Made by a program: the position numbers and the translations under genes
Notes under the pieces: generated by a model
What the model was told of the DNA's origin: nothing
Database searches by the model: none
What the model saw: only the letters and a program-made list of their open reading frames with translations
Assembly (NCBI GenBank): GCA_040437565.1
Contig: JBDOQK010000053.1
Span: 124,001-188,000, forward strand
DNA: 64,000 nt
Direction of reading: 5' to 3'
Source of the DNA: Albugo candida
Taxonomy: Eukaryota
Shown: piece after piece, positions 11,830-23,996 of the stretch
Position numbering within the stretch: the stretch's first letter is position 1
Layout: each line of letters opens with the position of its first letter

Positions 11830-13250
11830 AACGTTACAAAGCGAGACTCGTGGCCTGGGGGAACGAGTAACGTTTCGGGGTCGACTATGGACTTACATTT
11901 GCCGCCGTTATGGAGCTCAGTACCGTACAAGTGGTACTGGTTCTTGCAAGGAAATGGGGTGTGCCGGCGAGGCACGGGGACATCCCGAATGCCTTTGTAA
12001 AGGCAGATAAGGAAGAGCATTTGGAGATTTACCTGCGTATACCGCAAGGTAAGGAAATCCGCACAGAAGATATCCGGAAATTGGGTGCGGATACGCGGAG
12101 CCAAGTTGCATTGCGTTTCAAGAAGTCACTATACGGACTTAAGCAGGCAGGAAGATTATGGAGCCAGCTACTTCATGGCAAACTGGAAGATGCAGGGTTG
12201 GGTTTGCACGCTTTACTACGGACATGTGTTTGTACTGCAATTGATCGGGTTGCGAGATGATCGTCGTAGGGGTTTACGTCGATGATCTCCTGTCCACGGC
12301 ATCGCTACAGACGCTAGTGGAAGACTTTTTTGCTACAATGGATACACTCTAAACAAAGGACCTCGGTGAAGTAATGAAATTTTTGGGAATGCGCGTTGAG
12401 CTAAGCGAAAAGGATGACTACACATGCTTGATTAGTAAGCGACTATTGAAGAACTCCTGGAGCAGCATGGATTGGCTAAAGCGAACGGGTACACATTCCA
12501 GCAGGAAAGGATAGAAATGAAGCTGAAGCGGGTGAGATGAAGTATCTGGTGACGGAAGGATTCACCAGGTGAGCCGCGTATCCGCTATTTTCAGTCTCTT
12601 GTTGCAAGTTTGTAATGGATTTCGCGCTGTACGCGTCTGGACATAACCTCCACCCTTCATAAGGCGACGCGAGGAGCTCACTAGCGGACTCTACAAGACT
12701 GGAAATTAGCGAAGAAGGTTGCTCACTATCTGAAGGGTACATAGGAGTTGAAGCTGTTCATGCAAATGAGTGCGTCGGACGCAGATGAGCTCTCGCTTGA
12801 GATTTGGAGTGACGCGGATTTTGCGAACGACATGCAAGATCGGAAGTCGGGTGGAGTGATTACGATGAATGTTGCGTTCATACAATGGATCTGCAAGAAG
12901 CATACTGGTGTATCCCTTTCCACCATGAAGGCTGGAATTACTTCAGCGTCTCACCTTGGACGGGAGCTTTTGGAGTTATGTGAGCTCGTGCGAGAGATTG
13001 GATTTATGGTCCGCGAGCCGATGACCATGAAGATGGACAACCAGGCAGCCTTTAAGCAGCTGGAGTCCGAAGACAGTATGACGAGCGCAAAACACGTGGA
13101 TGTTCGAGTGAAGTTTATTCCAATTTCGGCAAAAGGGGAACTGTCGCTCCGTTGTACGTCGAATCACGAATGACGATGGCGGACCTCCTAACCAAAGCAC
13201 TCTCGGCACCGAGACTGATGGAATTGCGAGAGTTTTTTTGGCTTCGCTAA
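11830..13250 (+). mobile_element. Degenerate Ty1/Copia retrotransposon (RT and RNase H)
   Basis: RYKARLVA, GDIPNAFV, KKSLYGLKQAGRLW, VYVDD, WSDADFA and MDNQAA..AKHVDVR, with stops and frameshifts. A purine tract GAGGAGGAG is followed by a TGTAAG LTR start at 13287. Confidence 0.92.
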
Positions 13251-16200
13251 CTGGAAGATCACAGTCACGAGGCGGTCGAGGAGGAGTGTAAGAATTTAAG
13301 GTTTAATTGCAAGAGCGAGAAACTGGTTTCGACCGCTTTTTTGAGATGAGTGTGCGGCATACCGGTAACTCAGTTAGACAAGAAGGATAGGTTATCAGAA
13401 TGTCAAATATCTTTTAATAGACGACTTTTCTTCACGAATTCATTCCTGTCTGATCAAAAAAAAGCGAGGTCTATGTAGTCAAAGTGTGCTTCTGCAATGG
13501 ATAATAGAACGCAAAATTCTACTTTGATATTTATTCGACGCACGCAGCGACAGCCACGAGCTCGGAGGCTTCCTATTTTTCATTGATGTAGCCCAACGTC
13601 TCTGACTGGGATCGAAGGGTGGGGCGATGTGGCCGAGTTATCTAAAGACGGTCGAGATGTATTGTAAAACGTTTCTATCAAAAGTGGAAAAGCAAGAAAA
13701 GAAAGCGTACTATAGGTATATCCGTATCTAAAGTCGATGTTCGTAACTATTATAGCATCTTGCACACCTTGCAAATGAAAGAAGGGTGGGAACGGTTCTG
13801 TATATGTTTGATGCCTAAAAAAGGAACGGTGCTTCTACAAAGAAGTTGGCTCCAGCACATTGTGGCTTCTTTAGTATCACTTGAGCCAGCCAACTCCTTT
13901 TTTCTACATACTCAAAGAATACTTCCTACCGACTTACCCGCATACTTATACAACAGGATTAGTGCTATTTTTTGCGTGATATGTACACCTTATCACACCA
14001 CAATGTAAGCCTATCCAAGGTTTTAGAGCTTGATCAAAGCGGAGATGAGACAATAATGTGCATGTAGTTGTTCTTAGTAGCTGCTCCTTCTAGTCGTTAA
14101 ATAGTCGATATCAAGCGCCTCAAATCTGCACACTTGGAGGAGGGAAACACGTAACGTATATTACCAATCAAGCTGTGAGCACGCTCGTGGCAGCAGAACA
14201 AACGCAACAAGCATGTGTGTCTAAGGATTCCACCCCATTCAGGGGGTCATATTTGTATGGTCGTGTGAAAGCTCATTTCTCATACCGTGAAGATAGGATT
14301 ACAACTAGGAAATTAGCGACATGCTAGGGCTGCCGTCTAGACGAGAATTTATGCTCATTGTCAGTGCTTGCGATTCAATTCCGAAAGGTTCATATGCTTG
14401 CGGACAAGCTCGTACGACCTCAGATTTTGCTGCAATCCGACTATCATGTATTGGCTGATACAATCCTGACGAGAACTTTCCCGCTAGTCGTAGATCACTA
14501 GTCCCTTTCTTTACGAATGCTGCAAAGACTCCAATTAAGCACATTTGATTTGAGGTTACGAGTCATGAAATCGATACATGAAGGTTGCTGACGCTCGTAC
14601 ACGATTATGAAGTAGTACTGTAGTTGAATGGTCAATTTCTATCTATCGTGAGTACGTTCATTGAACATCCTCATCTTTTTTGCAACTCACACACGAAGTC
14701 TCACTCGCATGTACGCACCAATATGCTGAACGAGCAGTACATATTGTGATGGTGCCATGCTCCTCCGTCTGTACAGTCTATTGGCGAAATATCAATAGGT
14801 CATCAAACCCCAAGCATCGATTGGATCACCAATAAGTCTCCAATGGATTGATTCAGCAGTTGTTTCGTGGCAGGATAATTCTCTTTTGCTCTTGCAGTAC
14901 TAGATACGATAGAAGACGCTATGGCTAAACAGATTAGCTACATGTACCGTGCTAAGAGTCAATTATGGTTTCTGGTAAGCGGTGCATACAAGTTGCATTG
15001 ATTTACGACCCTCAGCCATGTCAATAAAATACTTTACTGCAAATTATGAAAAGAAATTGGAGTTTGTGTGACATTACACAATTTTACAGGATACTTTTGT
15101 GTTCCAGCTATTATGAAACAGGTATTTCTTGATAGGATTTGGCACATTCTTTTCGAGTTTCTAGCACGATAAATTTAAAAGTCACATACAGAAAGTGATT
15201 AATAAGCACCTTCATGCGACATTTCTCCAATTCGATCGAGCTAGAGTTGAAAAATGTGATCCCATTTTTATAAGATATCGTCTCCATGTCGCCATCTTCT
15301 TCCAGATCAGTGGAGTTACCACAATCATCTGCGCTTGTAACGTTTAGATGTGTTTCGACAAATGAAATGGCCAGCACATAATGTCCTCAATATCGAGTCC
15401 AAAGATAAAGATCGTTTAGACTCCAGTACGCCATCTCAATTACTTTCCATCGGCTTTTTACAGGGCTTCTAGCCTCAGAAGTGGGGTAATTTTGCGTCAA
15501 TAAAAGTAACCGCGATGATATACTCTCCCAATCTTATTGGCTGTGTAAAAGATGGATATAAAGCCATCCGCTAATTGCAGAATTCTTTGACATATTTTAG
15601 AATATACGTGTCGTGGAAATGAACTTGGAATTCGTCGCACATTTGCGCTGGACAGATATACGAAAAGAATTAAGCTTGACCATTATCTTTGATCTTTTAT
15701 GTGTACACACTCACACTATTTACACTGGTATCAGTTCGATGTACTTTGTCAAGGATTTCATTACACTGTTTATCTGGTTCTTTAACTACCTTCCTTATCC
15801 TATCATGAGCCCCTGACCGTGTGAATATCACTTAAGTCTGTACTGTACACAGCTTTGCTCCATCACGTCGATAATTTATCACCAGAGGCCCCTGCGTCAG
15901 ATCACATTGTGTGAATAATAGAAATCGACACGGCCCAATACTGTCAATGACAAAAGATGGCGTCTTTTACAACAAATCACGGGTTATGCGTGCGCTCACC
16001 AAGTATCGATATCAATTCATCGTTGGCAGTGTATTCATTGGATAAGAAGCATCTGGAAACTATGCGGAAATCTTCGTTGCAATCATGGGTCAACTTGTGG
16101 CTGGCTGTGATTAAAATTTTTTATAAATCTATTTACCATTTGAGGCGTCTAAGACACTACTCGTGTGGAGAATATGGATCTGATTCGACAGTACAAATTT

Positions 16201-17336
16201 CATTTGATAGTACCGCTCTTACGTGAGGTACAACTGCGACCCAGCACCGCCATCTTATTTATGTACACTCAACAGCTACCATTTTGAATGTTCTTCTCAG
16301 CTGCGTGTGTCCCGGTGTCGACGATCGGATTTACGATGTTGTTGGCAAACTGCTGCATAGCGTGCAATGCCAATCGCATTCAATGTACACTTATGGTTCC
16401 GAGCATTCAAAATAGATCACTAACCTCTTGATCGTATATCCTATGTTGGAACGCGGACGTTCACATTGTTTAGCATGAAACGTGTGATTCTTTAAAGCAG
16501 CCAAGTATCTGCTGGCTAGCAACCCTACCAGAAAGAGCACGAGAATGACTGCAAAGTCAGATAGTGCTGCTTCCCGTGCTTTCATCAATACTTCGTGTTG
16601 AGGAATGAAAAATTAGAAGAAGGATGGAACGGTGAGTAGCCCATTTAGGGTGCATGTGAATGGAGAATCAAGTCAGACAAGGATGAAGTCAGCTTGGATG
16701 ATGAAAAGGAGACTCATGCAGAGAGAAGTCGCTCGTATCAGCAAAGCAAGGAATGACATCTTCAATGGCAGTGTGGAAGGATTAAACAAATGCATCATTT
16801 ATTGTCGGCAGACAAGTATGAACATTTTATTATTGGGGCTTGTGGTTGAATATGGCTTGCCTGAAGAGAATATCTCATACAGGAACGCAACCTCCGTTCG
16901 ACGATGTCAATCATTGTGGATTAAGAAAGAATGACGAGTTTAGTCTCAAAAACGGAATACGGCCGCGATTTGATGTACATGCATTGTGAAAAGAAAAGCG
17001 ATTCGTGGAAGAATACATCAGGTCAGCAAGCATCAAAATCTTCCGCTGTATATACAATGGGCCACCTTCTTTCACGTTTGAAGTCCGAAACGCATTTGGA
17101 CCCAAAGTCATACGTCTCAGCGTTCGTGTGAGCTCCGGCCAAGACGTCGCTTCTCTACACAATTCCGTGCGGCCATTGCTTGTGCTATGGGTGTACCACC
17201 GAGAATCATCTAAAATTTTTACTTGAAACTCTCTATTTCATGCAAAAACAGTGGCATAGGAAATAAGACACACCCGTACTTCGAATAGAGCTTGCAATGT
17301 ATATTGATGATAGTGATTAGTCGGTACTAGATGGAT

Positions 17337-18395
17337 CTATGTACCAGTCTTTATATTTTCCCCATTCTCGTCGGTTGTTTTGATGATTCTGACGGACCAA
17401 TTTTTCTCTGTCACCACTTCAAACATCAGGTAGGCAACCCTCAGAAATGAGATACCGAGTATCCACACATTCTCTATGTTTGAGTTCTCGAATAGAAGAG
17501 TACACGTGTCCCCATTCTCGATGACTGAATGTGCCGGATTCATTATAATAATGAACGGCAATTTGACATACCAAAGTAATTTAAAAGTGAGCTCGATGTC
17601 CGCTGAAAATTCATATTCATTTCGTGTATGCATGATTTCGCAAGGTACCTTGTAGCGACCATTCTTCAAAGTCCATGGAATTTTGCGTGCAGACAAGAGG
17701 ACTCCTATTCTGCTGAATGTCTCGGGCGGAACTTGGGTGGCTTCGTTAGCAAGGTGAATATTTAAACTTTGAGACTCATAATTTGAGTGGAGGAATGTGA
17801 TATGAAATGGATTGGTGAATTCTTCTCTCAACATCGTCTCTTGAGTTGATGCTGGCTCCTGCGGTACTCTTCCAAACTCAAGTATCGGATCCGATTGCGT
17901 TAACCATTCAACCGTGAAAAGCCCGTAACTCTGGAAAATATAAGCATTCGGATCGATAGCGGTGAACGGGGTATCGTAGAATCCTTTCGTTTTGTACAAC
18001 TGTTTCAAGGAATTGCAACTCATCTTCCAGCCGATGCGGTGTGTGTATAACATTTGCCTATATAGCAAAACACTTCTTGCCTTCACACCGTTTAATTGAT
18101 AGAACGGAAGTTGTTGCTCCTCAGCATCGAGTTCTTCCCAAACCGAATTAGGAACTGATTCCTTCGGACTGATAAAAGTCAGCGTATAAACATCCCCCTT
18201 TTTGCATACGAGAGCTGCATCGCTGGAGAATTTTACATCAGGGGATATATTAAGCTTGAATCCTCTATGAAATTTCTTTGAACCAGCCGATGATGTATGG
18301 ACCATATTCACGTGAATCGCACTCACAAAAGGGTCCCGTGGATGAAAGACTCCCACCACGGCAAGACCAAACGTTTTAAGAGAGCGGCTTTTCAT
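17337..18395 (-). CDS. Secreted pepsin-fold pseudo-protease, paralog 2
   Basis: 352 aa, intronless. N-terminus MKSRSLKTFGLAVVGVFHPRDPFVSA|IH; motifs EATQVPPETF, NGRYKVPC and GDTCTLLFE..WILGISFLRVA; no DTG/DSG. Confidence 0.8.
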   Translation of the reverse strand: MKSRSLKTFGLAVVGVFHPRDPFVSAIHVNMVHTSSAGSKKFHRGFKLNISPDVKFSSDAALVCKKGDVYTLTFISPKESVPNSVWEELDAEEQQLPFYQLNGVKARSVLLYRQMLYTHRIGWKMSCNSLKQLYKTKGFYDTPFTAIDPNAYIFQSYGLFTVEWLTQSDPILEFGRVPQEPASTQETMLREEFTNPFHITFLHSNYESQSLNIHLANEATQVPPETFSRIGVLLSARKIPWTLKNGRYKVPCEIMHTRNEYEFSADIELTFKLLWYVKLPFIIIMNPAHSVIENGDTCTLLFENSNIENVWILGISFLRVAYLMFEVVTEKNWSVRIIKTTDENGENIKTGT

Positions 18396-18539
18396 TATTT
18401 CTCTTTGTCAATTATCAAAAACTGATGAAATAACAGCACTTTAAACTCGTGGAAATAAAGAATTGCCTTACGACTTGGCACGATGTGGGACTCTAAAATT
18501 GCGACATTGGTTTGTATCAATTCTACGATCAGATAAGGT

Positions 18540-18830
18540 AGCTCACCTCGAAACGTTTATACGATGACAACTTTTTCAAATTAGAAACGCTTCTGCAGGG
18601 TTAGAGAATTGATCACAAGCGAGTTGACTAAGATGATTACCTCGATAACGTTATAGACTGACAACATTTGTAACCCAAGCTTGGTAATTTAAGACCGGAC
18701 CGTGCCTTTCAGGGTCCAGAATGCACAACGAACGACTGCATTTCTGTGCACCACCTCGGAAAACTTATAGTTGCAACTTTAGAATGCTAAATTTGTATCA
18801 TACAAAGAGACGTAACTTTAGGGTTTAGGC
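18540..18830. repeat. ~95-115-bp tandem array upstream of paralog 2 (3 units, truncated by an LTR-like insertion)
   Basis: Same unit as 6975-7370, with anchors at 18566, 18660 and 18772. It ends abruptly at TGAAGGTGTC (18831). Confidence 0.8.
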
Positions 18831-19018
18831 TGAAGGTGTCTATATTACTAGAATTAGACAGACTGACTTCTCTAGTTGCCTAGGCTATCTTAAATAACAT
18901 ATATACATTTAAAAAACGTTTCGTGAAATACCTGTGAGAGATGATTCTCGTGGATAATCTAGTATCGCAGTAGCCTCAGCACCCTTAATACGAGACTGTG
19001 TCCAGCTTGTAAATGCTG
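18831..19018 (+). mobile_element. Dispersed LTR-like repeat end (TGAAGGTGTC...)
   Basis: The first ~57 bp recur inverted at 37474-37530, and a related TGAAGGTGT start occurs at 10780. It begins with TG. Both main copies run into N-gaps. Confidence 0.55.
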
Positions 19019-19123
19019 NNNNNNNNNNNNNNNNNNNNNNNNNNNNNNNNNNNNNNNNNNNNNNNNNNNNNNNNNNNNNNNNNNNNNNNNNNNNNNNNNN
19101 NNNNNNNNNNNNNNNNNNTGACA

Positions 19124-19657
19124 TTATCGAATAGTCTCCGCTGGTATGTCTACGTGCATCGTGTAATGCCAAAGACGTGATGAAATCACCGTCTGCGCCA
19201 CCAGTAGTCGAACACGGACAGCAAGTGATCGTGGAAACCTTACACCAAACCCGTCGTAAAAACGCTTGTCGAGAGTTGAATTAACCATCGAATGAGTTTG
19301 TGTCTGGCCGAACAGAATATTCATATACTTGACCGAATCTTCCGGACCCATTGTGGTCAAATTAAGAATGCGTGGACATGGCATGGTTCGATTAAACGAG
19401 ATCAACGATGATTTGCTCAAGTTGAATTTCGCACCAGATCCATCGCAATAGACTTGAACGAGTTCGAGCTGCGTCAAAACACCATTTCGTGTCTCTGAAA
19501 GCAATGTCGAATCTTCCTCAAAAATTTGGCTAGCTGCGACAACCGTGCCATTGATCCAAATACCATGTTCTCCATGTTGGTGAAGTAGATTCCCAAAAGG
19601 TTCGATCGTCATTGGAGAAGTAATGCTGAGAGAGGAACACCTATTGGCGAAGAACAA
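19124..19657 (-). mobile_element. LINE (non-LTR) reverse transcriptase fragment
   Basis: IEPF..GIWING...QIFEEDSTL (degenerate FADD), YCDGSGAKFNLSKS and VKYMNILF follow the L1/Tx1-like RT motif order. Confidence 0.8.
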
Positions 19658-19659
19658 GA

Positions 19660-20616
19660 CGGAGAAGACGAAGGTAGTTTACTACCAGGTGACATTGATG
19701 ATAAATCAGAACGACCGACTGTGAAGATGTTTCGATCGGTCATTGGAAGCCTCCTGTGGTTGTCTCGATGCATGAGACCAGACATTGCATTCGCTGTGCA
19801 CCGTGCCCGACGGCGAGCGCACGCGCCGAGATATCGCGATCGGCGGTGGACAAAGAGAATCGTTCGGTAGTTGAAGGGAACCGTCGAACTGAAGTTTAAC
19901 TTGGACGGAACACTTGGAGCCGATAGTTCACAAGAAGTCGTTCTAGAAGGCTACAGCGACGCGGATTACGCGGCAGACTGCGCGGATCGAAAATCGGCAA
20001 GTGTAGGGGTTATATGTTTAAATGGTATAGTTGTCGGTCAGACGTGCCGATAACAGGTAAGGGCGGTGTTATCCGCAATGGAGGCCGAGTTTGTAGATGC
20101 ATCGCAGGTGGTGAGTGATTTGCTAGGACTCGACGAATTGCTTGCCGAAATTGATGTGCGCGTTTCAAAGCCGATGCCGATGCATGTCGACAATCAAGCT
20201 GCGATCAAGCAAATACAAGGTGAAGACAGCGCAGGAAGAGCAAAACACATCGTAGAACGTCTTAAGTTCATCAAGGATTACAGCAAGAAAAAGAGAATCA
20301 AGGTGGTTGATTGCGAGCCGCGCTTCATGCGAGCTGACCTCCTCGCCACGACATTCGCTGCGCCACGGTTGGCAGAGCTGCGCGAGATGATTTCGCTGGT
20401 TTAAGGTCATTTCGGGAAGGAGTGTTGAAAGGAAGCGACTGGTAAGGCTACACAAAGATCATAAGGTCGAAATATATTGAGTTTCTCATTTACTTGATAC
20501 TGAACTAGTGCTAGTAACTACCAGAACACACTTATCAGTGCTGTCTACTGATATAGGTCTGAATAAGCAGTTGCTTGATCGGATTGCGTTATATCAAATA
20601 CTACTCCATTCTCACA
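19660..20616 (+). mobile_element. Degenerate Copia 3' fragment (RT end, RNase H, PPT, LTR)
   Basis: IGSLLWL..MRPDIAFAV, GYSDADYA, LSAMEAEF and VDNQAAI..RAKHI. Purine tract GGGAAGGAG is followed by TGTTG at 20423; the LTR end (~CTCACA 20616) is tentative. Confidence 0.88.
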
Positions 20617-21558
20617 AAGTTTGTGGGGTTTCCACCATCTCATAAAACATTATCAGAAGTCTATACTTGACCCAATTTGACTCACCTAAGAGCTCAAACT
20701 GGTATTTGCCTTGATCATATCAAAATTTGGTCACTGTAGGAAGTAGAAGCGCTTCGTTTGATGATTAGTGTCATCTGATTGTGATTCTGGTTTCATGAAC
20801 CTAGCGGGTAAGAGTAATAAGCTTCTGATGGGAGATCTAGACTTTCACTGAGTCAACAATGATTCAGTGTGATTTTTCGAAAAAACGAATATATCTACCG
20901 ATCTTATATGTATGCCCAGTTCGAGATATACCTTTACGTACGAGGATTTCTGGGTGGGAATCAGATAGGGAGACGCGAAACCGTATGATCCCTCTACAGC
21001 CTACACCACCCTACACTTTTCTTCCTCTGTCATTAGCATCCTGGTTGCTTGCTTTCCCAATTATACGACTTTCAACAGCATTGTATATCAGAAGTTAAGC
21101 AGCAGTGCATCCAAAAACATCCATACAATGTATATTGTTTTTGTTATCTTTGGTCCGACAGAAGCGATAACTCACTTTCGTTATCCGCTAATTGATTCAC
21201 CAAGTTCTCGTTTTTTTTTGACACAATTCGGTGCGCTTTGGCTTCGTCAGAATGGCTGATAACATTGTAAAGTATAAGAAATGAAGCGCAAGTACTCATC
21301 CGTGGCTTTTGATCTCTGATTGTTGAATGAGAAGAGTGCACACGTCACCCTTCACTGAGTATTTGCTGAGTCGGGCTGGATCTAACTTGATGCCCAAAGC
21401 CGAAGTTGAAGATGACAGGATGATGAAAATCGGTGGCGCTGTATTTTCAATAGGAATGNNNNNNNNNNNNNNNNNNNNNNNNNNNNNNNNNNNNNNNNNN
21501 NNNNNNNNNNNNNNNNNNNNNNNNNNNNNNNNNNNNNNNNNNNNNNNNNNNNNNNNNN

Positions 21559-22710
21559 TTGATTGCGAGCCGCGCTTCATGCGAGCTGACCTCCTCGCCA
21601 CGACATTCGCTGCGCCACGGTTGGCAGAGCTGCGCGAGATGATTTCGCTGGTTTAAGGTCATTTCGGGAAGGAGTGTTGAAAGGAAGCGACTGGTAAGGC
21701 TACACAAAGATCATAAGGTCGAAATATATTGAGTTTCTCATTTACTTGATACTGAACTAGTGCTAGTAACTACCAGAACACACTTATCAGTGCTGTCTAC
21801 TGATATAGGTCTGAATAAGCAGTTGCTTGATCGGATTGCGTTATATCAAATACTACTCCATTCTCACAAAGTTTGTGGGGTTTCCACCATCTCATAAAAC
21901 ATTATCAGAAGTCTATACTTGACCCAATTTGACTCACCTAAGAGCTCAAACTGGTATTTGCCTTGATCATATCAAAATTTGGTCACTGTAGGAAGTAGAA
22001 GCGCTTCGTTTGATGATTAGTGTCATCTGATTGTGATTCTGGTTTCATGAACCTAGCGGGTAAGAGTAATAAGCTTCTGATGGGAGATCTAGACTTTCAC
22101 TGAGTCAACAATGATTCAGTGTGATTTTTCGAAAAAACGAATATATCTACCGATCTTATATGTATGCCCAGTTCGAGATATACCTTTACGTACGAGGATT
22201 TCTGGGTGGGAATCAGATAGGGAGACGCGAAACCGTATGATCCCTCTACAGCCTACACCACCCTACACTTTTCTTCCTCTGTCATTAGCATCCTGGTTGC
22301 TTGCTTTCCCAATTATACGACTTTCAACAGCATTGTATATCAGAAGTTAAGCAGCAGTGCATCCAAAAACATCCATACAATGTATATTGTTTTTGTTATC
22401 TTTGGTCCGACAGAAGCGATAACTCACTTTCGTTATCCGCTAATTGATTCACCAAGTTCTCGTTTTTTTTTGACACAATTCGGTGCGCTTTGGCTTCGTC
22501 AGAATGGCTGATAACATTGTAAAGTATAAGAAATGAAGCGCAAGTACTCATCCGTGGCTTTTGATCTCTGATTGTTGAATGAGAAGAGTGCACACGTCAC
22601 CCTTCACTGAGTATTTGCTGAGTCGGGCTGGATCTAACTTGATGCCCAAAGCCGAAGTTGAAGATGACAGGATGATGAAAATCGGTGGCGCTGTATTTTC
22701 AATAGGAATG
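21559..22710. repeat. Identical copy of ~20308-21458 across an N-gap (probable assembly overlap)
   Basis: The sequence on the two sides of the 21459-21558 gap appears base-for-base identical over ~1.15 kb. Confidence 0.85.
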
Positions 22711-22735
22711 GCAAGAGAAGTGGTATTCGTGGATT
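22430..22735 (-). pseudogene. C-terminal relic of a fifth pseudo-protease paralog (duplicated at ~21180-21458)
   Basis: IKLDPARLSKYSVKGDVCTLLIQQSEIKSHG*VLALHFL matches the family motif GD.CTLL.E.S...W.LG..FL, with a stop where W is expected. It is followed by the caatgtatattg 3' element seen after paralogs 1 and 2. Confidence 0.6.
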
Positions 22736-23996
22736 AAGTTTGCGTACTAATTGCAAGTCAAGATCATAGATGTATTTGCATTCGTTGATTTGTCGTAACA
22801 TACAACGCAGAATTAGAGCTGAATTGTAATGCTCGCATCAACATGATAGAACGTCAAAACTTCGACACCTGTCCTCTGAAAGGCCATTAACGTAAGTTTC
22901 CTTATATAATAATAAAACGTACCAAGCTTGAACGCTTGTACTGCGATCGGTCTTCCAGGGGATCAATCGTCTACTTGCATGGTTTACAACGTGGCGACAC
23001 TACATTCGGACTACAGCTCCGAATATTACGTGCGCTCTGGGTTTCTTCTTATCCCCTGTACGCGTCATCCGTCTCTCTCTGGTCCATGCTGACTCTGCAG
23101 AGAAAGCCGCTACGTCGGTGGTACGCTCCCAGGTGCTTCCGTGTTTCTAGCAACCCCGAAATACCTTTCACCACCAAGAATACAGGTCACACAACGCGTA
23201 GCCTCTATTGAATCCGGACCACCCGAGCGGAACCGTTTACGCCTCCACGGGATATTCTATTTAGTGCTTCTGGCTGAGGGTTGCCTTCATCGCCTTCCAC
23301 AGTTTGACTAGATGACGTTTTTTCGTACTTGTAGTGAGGGATTCATCTGGAGAGGATGACAAGACAAAGAATAGATCCAACTCGGAGACTTGTAGTGTAC
23401 AATATGCGTTATGTACAGCAGACACAGAGTCCAGCTACTTCTGTCTACTTCAGCTACTGTCTGCTTCAAAAATAGTGCATGTACCAAGCGCGCATGCATA
23501 CTGTGCATTCGCGGTAGATGAGCTGGAATGAGAATTTAGTATGGAACTAGTCTGTTAGTGTAGCGATTCAGTCAAGCGCAAAGAATGCGTTGACATTACC
23601 GCAAGATATTCCGATAGGTGCAGTGGGGTGCGGTAAGTTTTTCTCTCATCTAGATGCATAGTTTATTGGACTGACACAGCACCTAGGAAATCTGTGAAAG
23701 CCGACGAAGGATAACTTCGATCTTTAAGTGCTATCCAGAATCCGTGCGGATCCTCAATGATCATCAAAGTGAAGTCTAGTATCTTTATCCTTAACCCAGG
23801 AAAAGAAGTGAACTCCTCGATTTTTGTGACATAGGCTTAACAGTAGATCTTAATCTTTGGGGAAAGTGTACAGCTCCTTTCCTTCGATCAACTTCTACAA
23901 GAAACCCATTCTATTTTCCAGACTATATGATTGATACTAGATACGAGGTTCTACAATCCAACATCTCTGACGTTGTTTTTGTTAGCGGCCCCTTAT

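Larger units (their letters stand above)
13460..18830. repeat. Segmental-duplication cassette, copy B
   Basis: 13460-16450 is colinear with 30255-32940 (e.g. aaagtgtgcttctgca, gaatacttc.taccgactta.ccgca, actcacacacgaagtctcact). Includes paralog 2 and its array. Confidence 0.85.

Noticed and set aside
16596-16823. Possible solo LTR (TGTTG...AACA) in an insertion specific to cassette B
   Set aside because: No matching target-site duplication and no second copy in the window.
18817-18829. TTTAGGGTTTAGG as an interstitial telomere repeat
   Set aside because: Under two units, and it sits at the array position whose consensus already reads tttagggt.
20308-22710. 1.15-kb tandem duplication as a biological event
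   Set aside because: Apparently identical and centred on a 100-N gap, like the overlaps at ~9050/9175, 49026/49153, 50426/50676 and 60428/60674; most likely unmerged contig overlaps.
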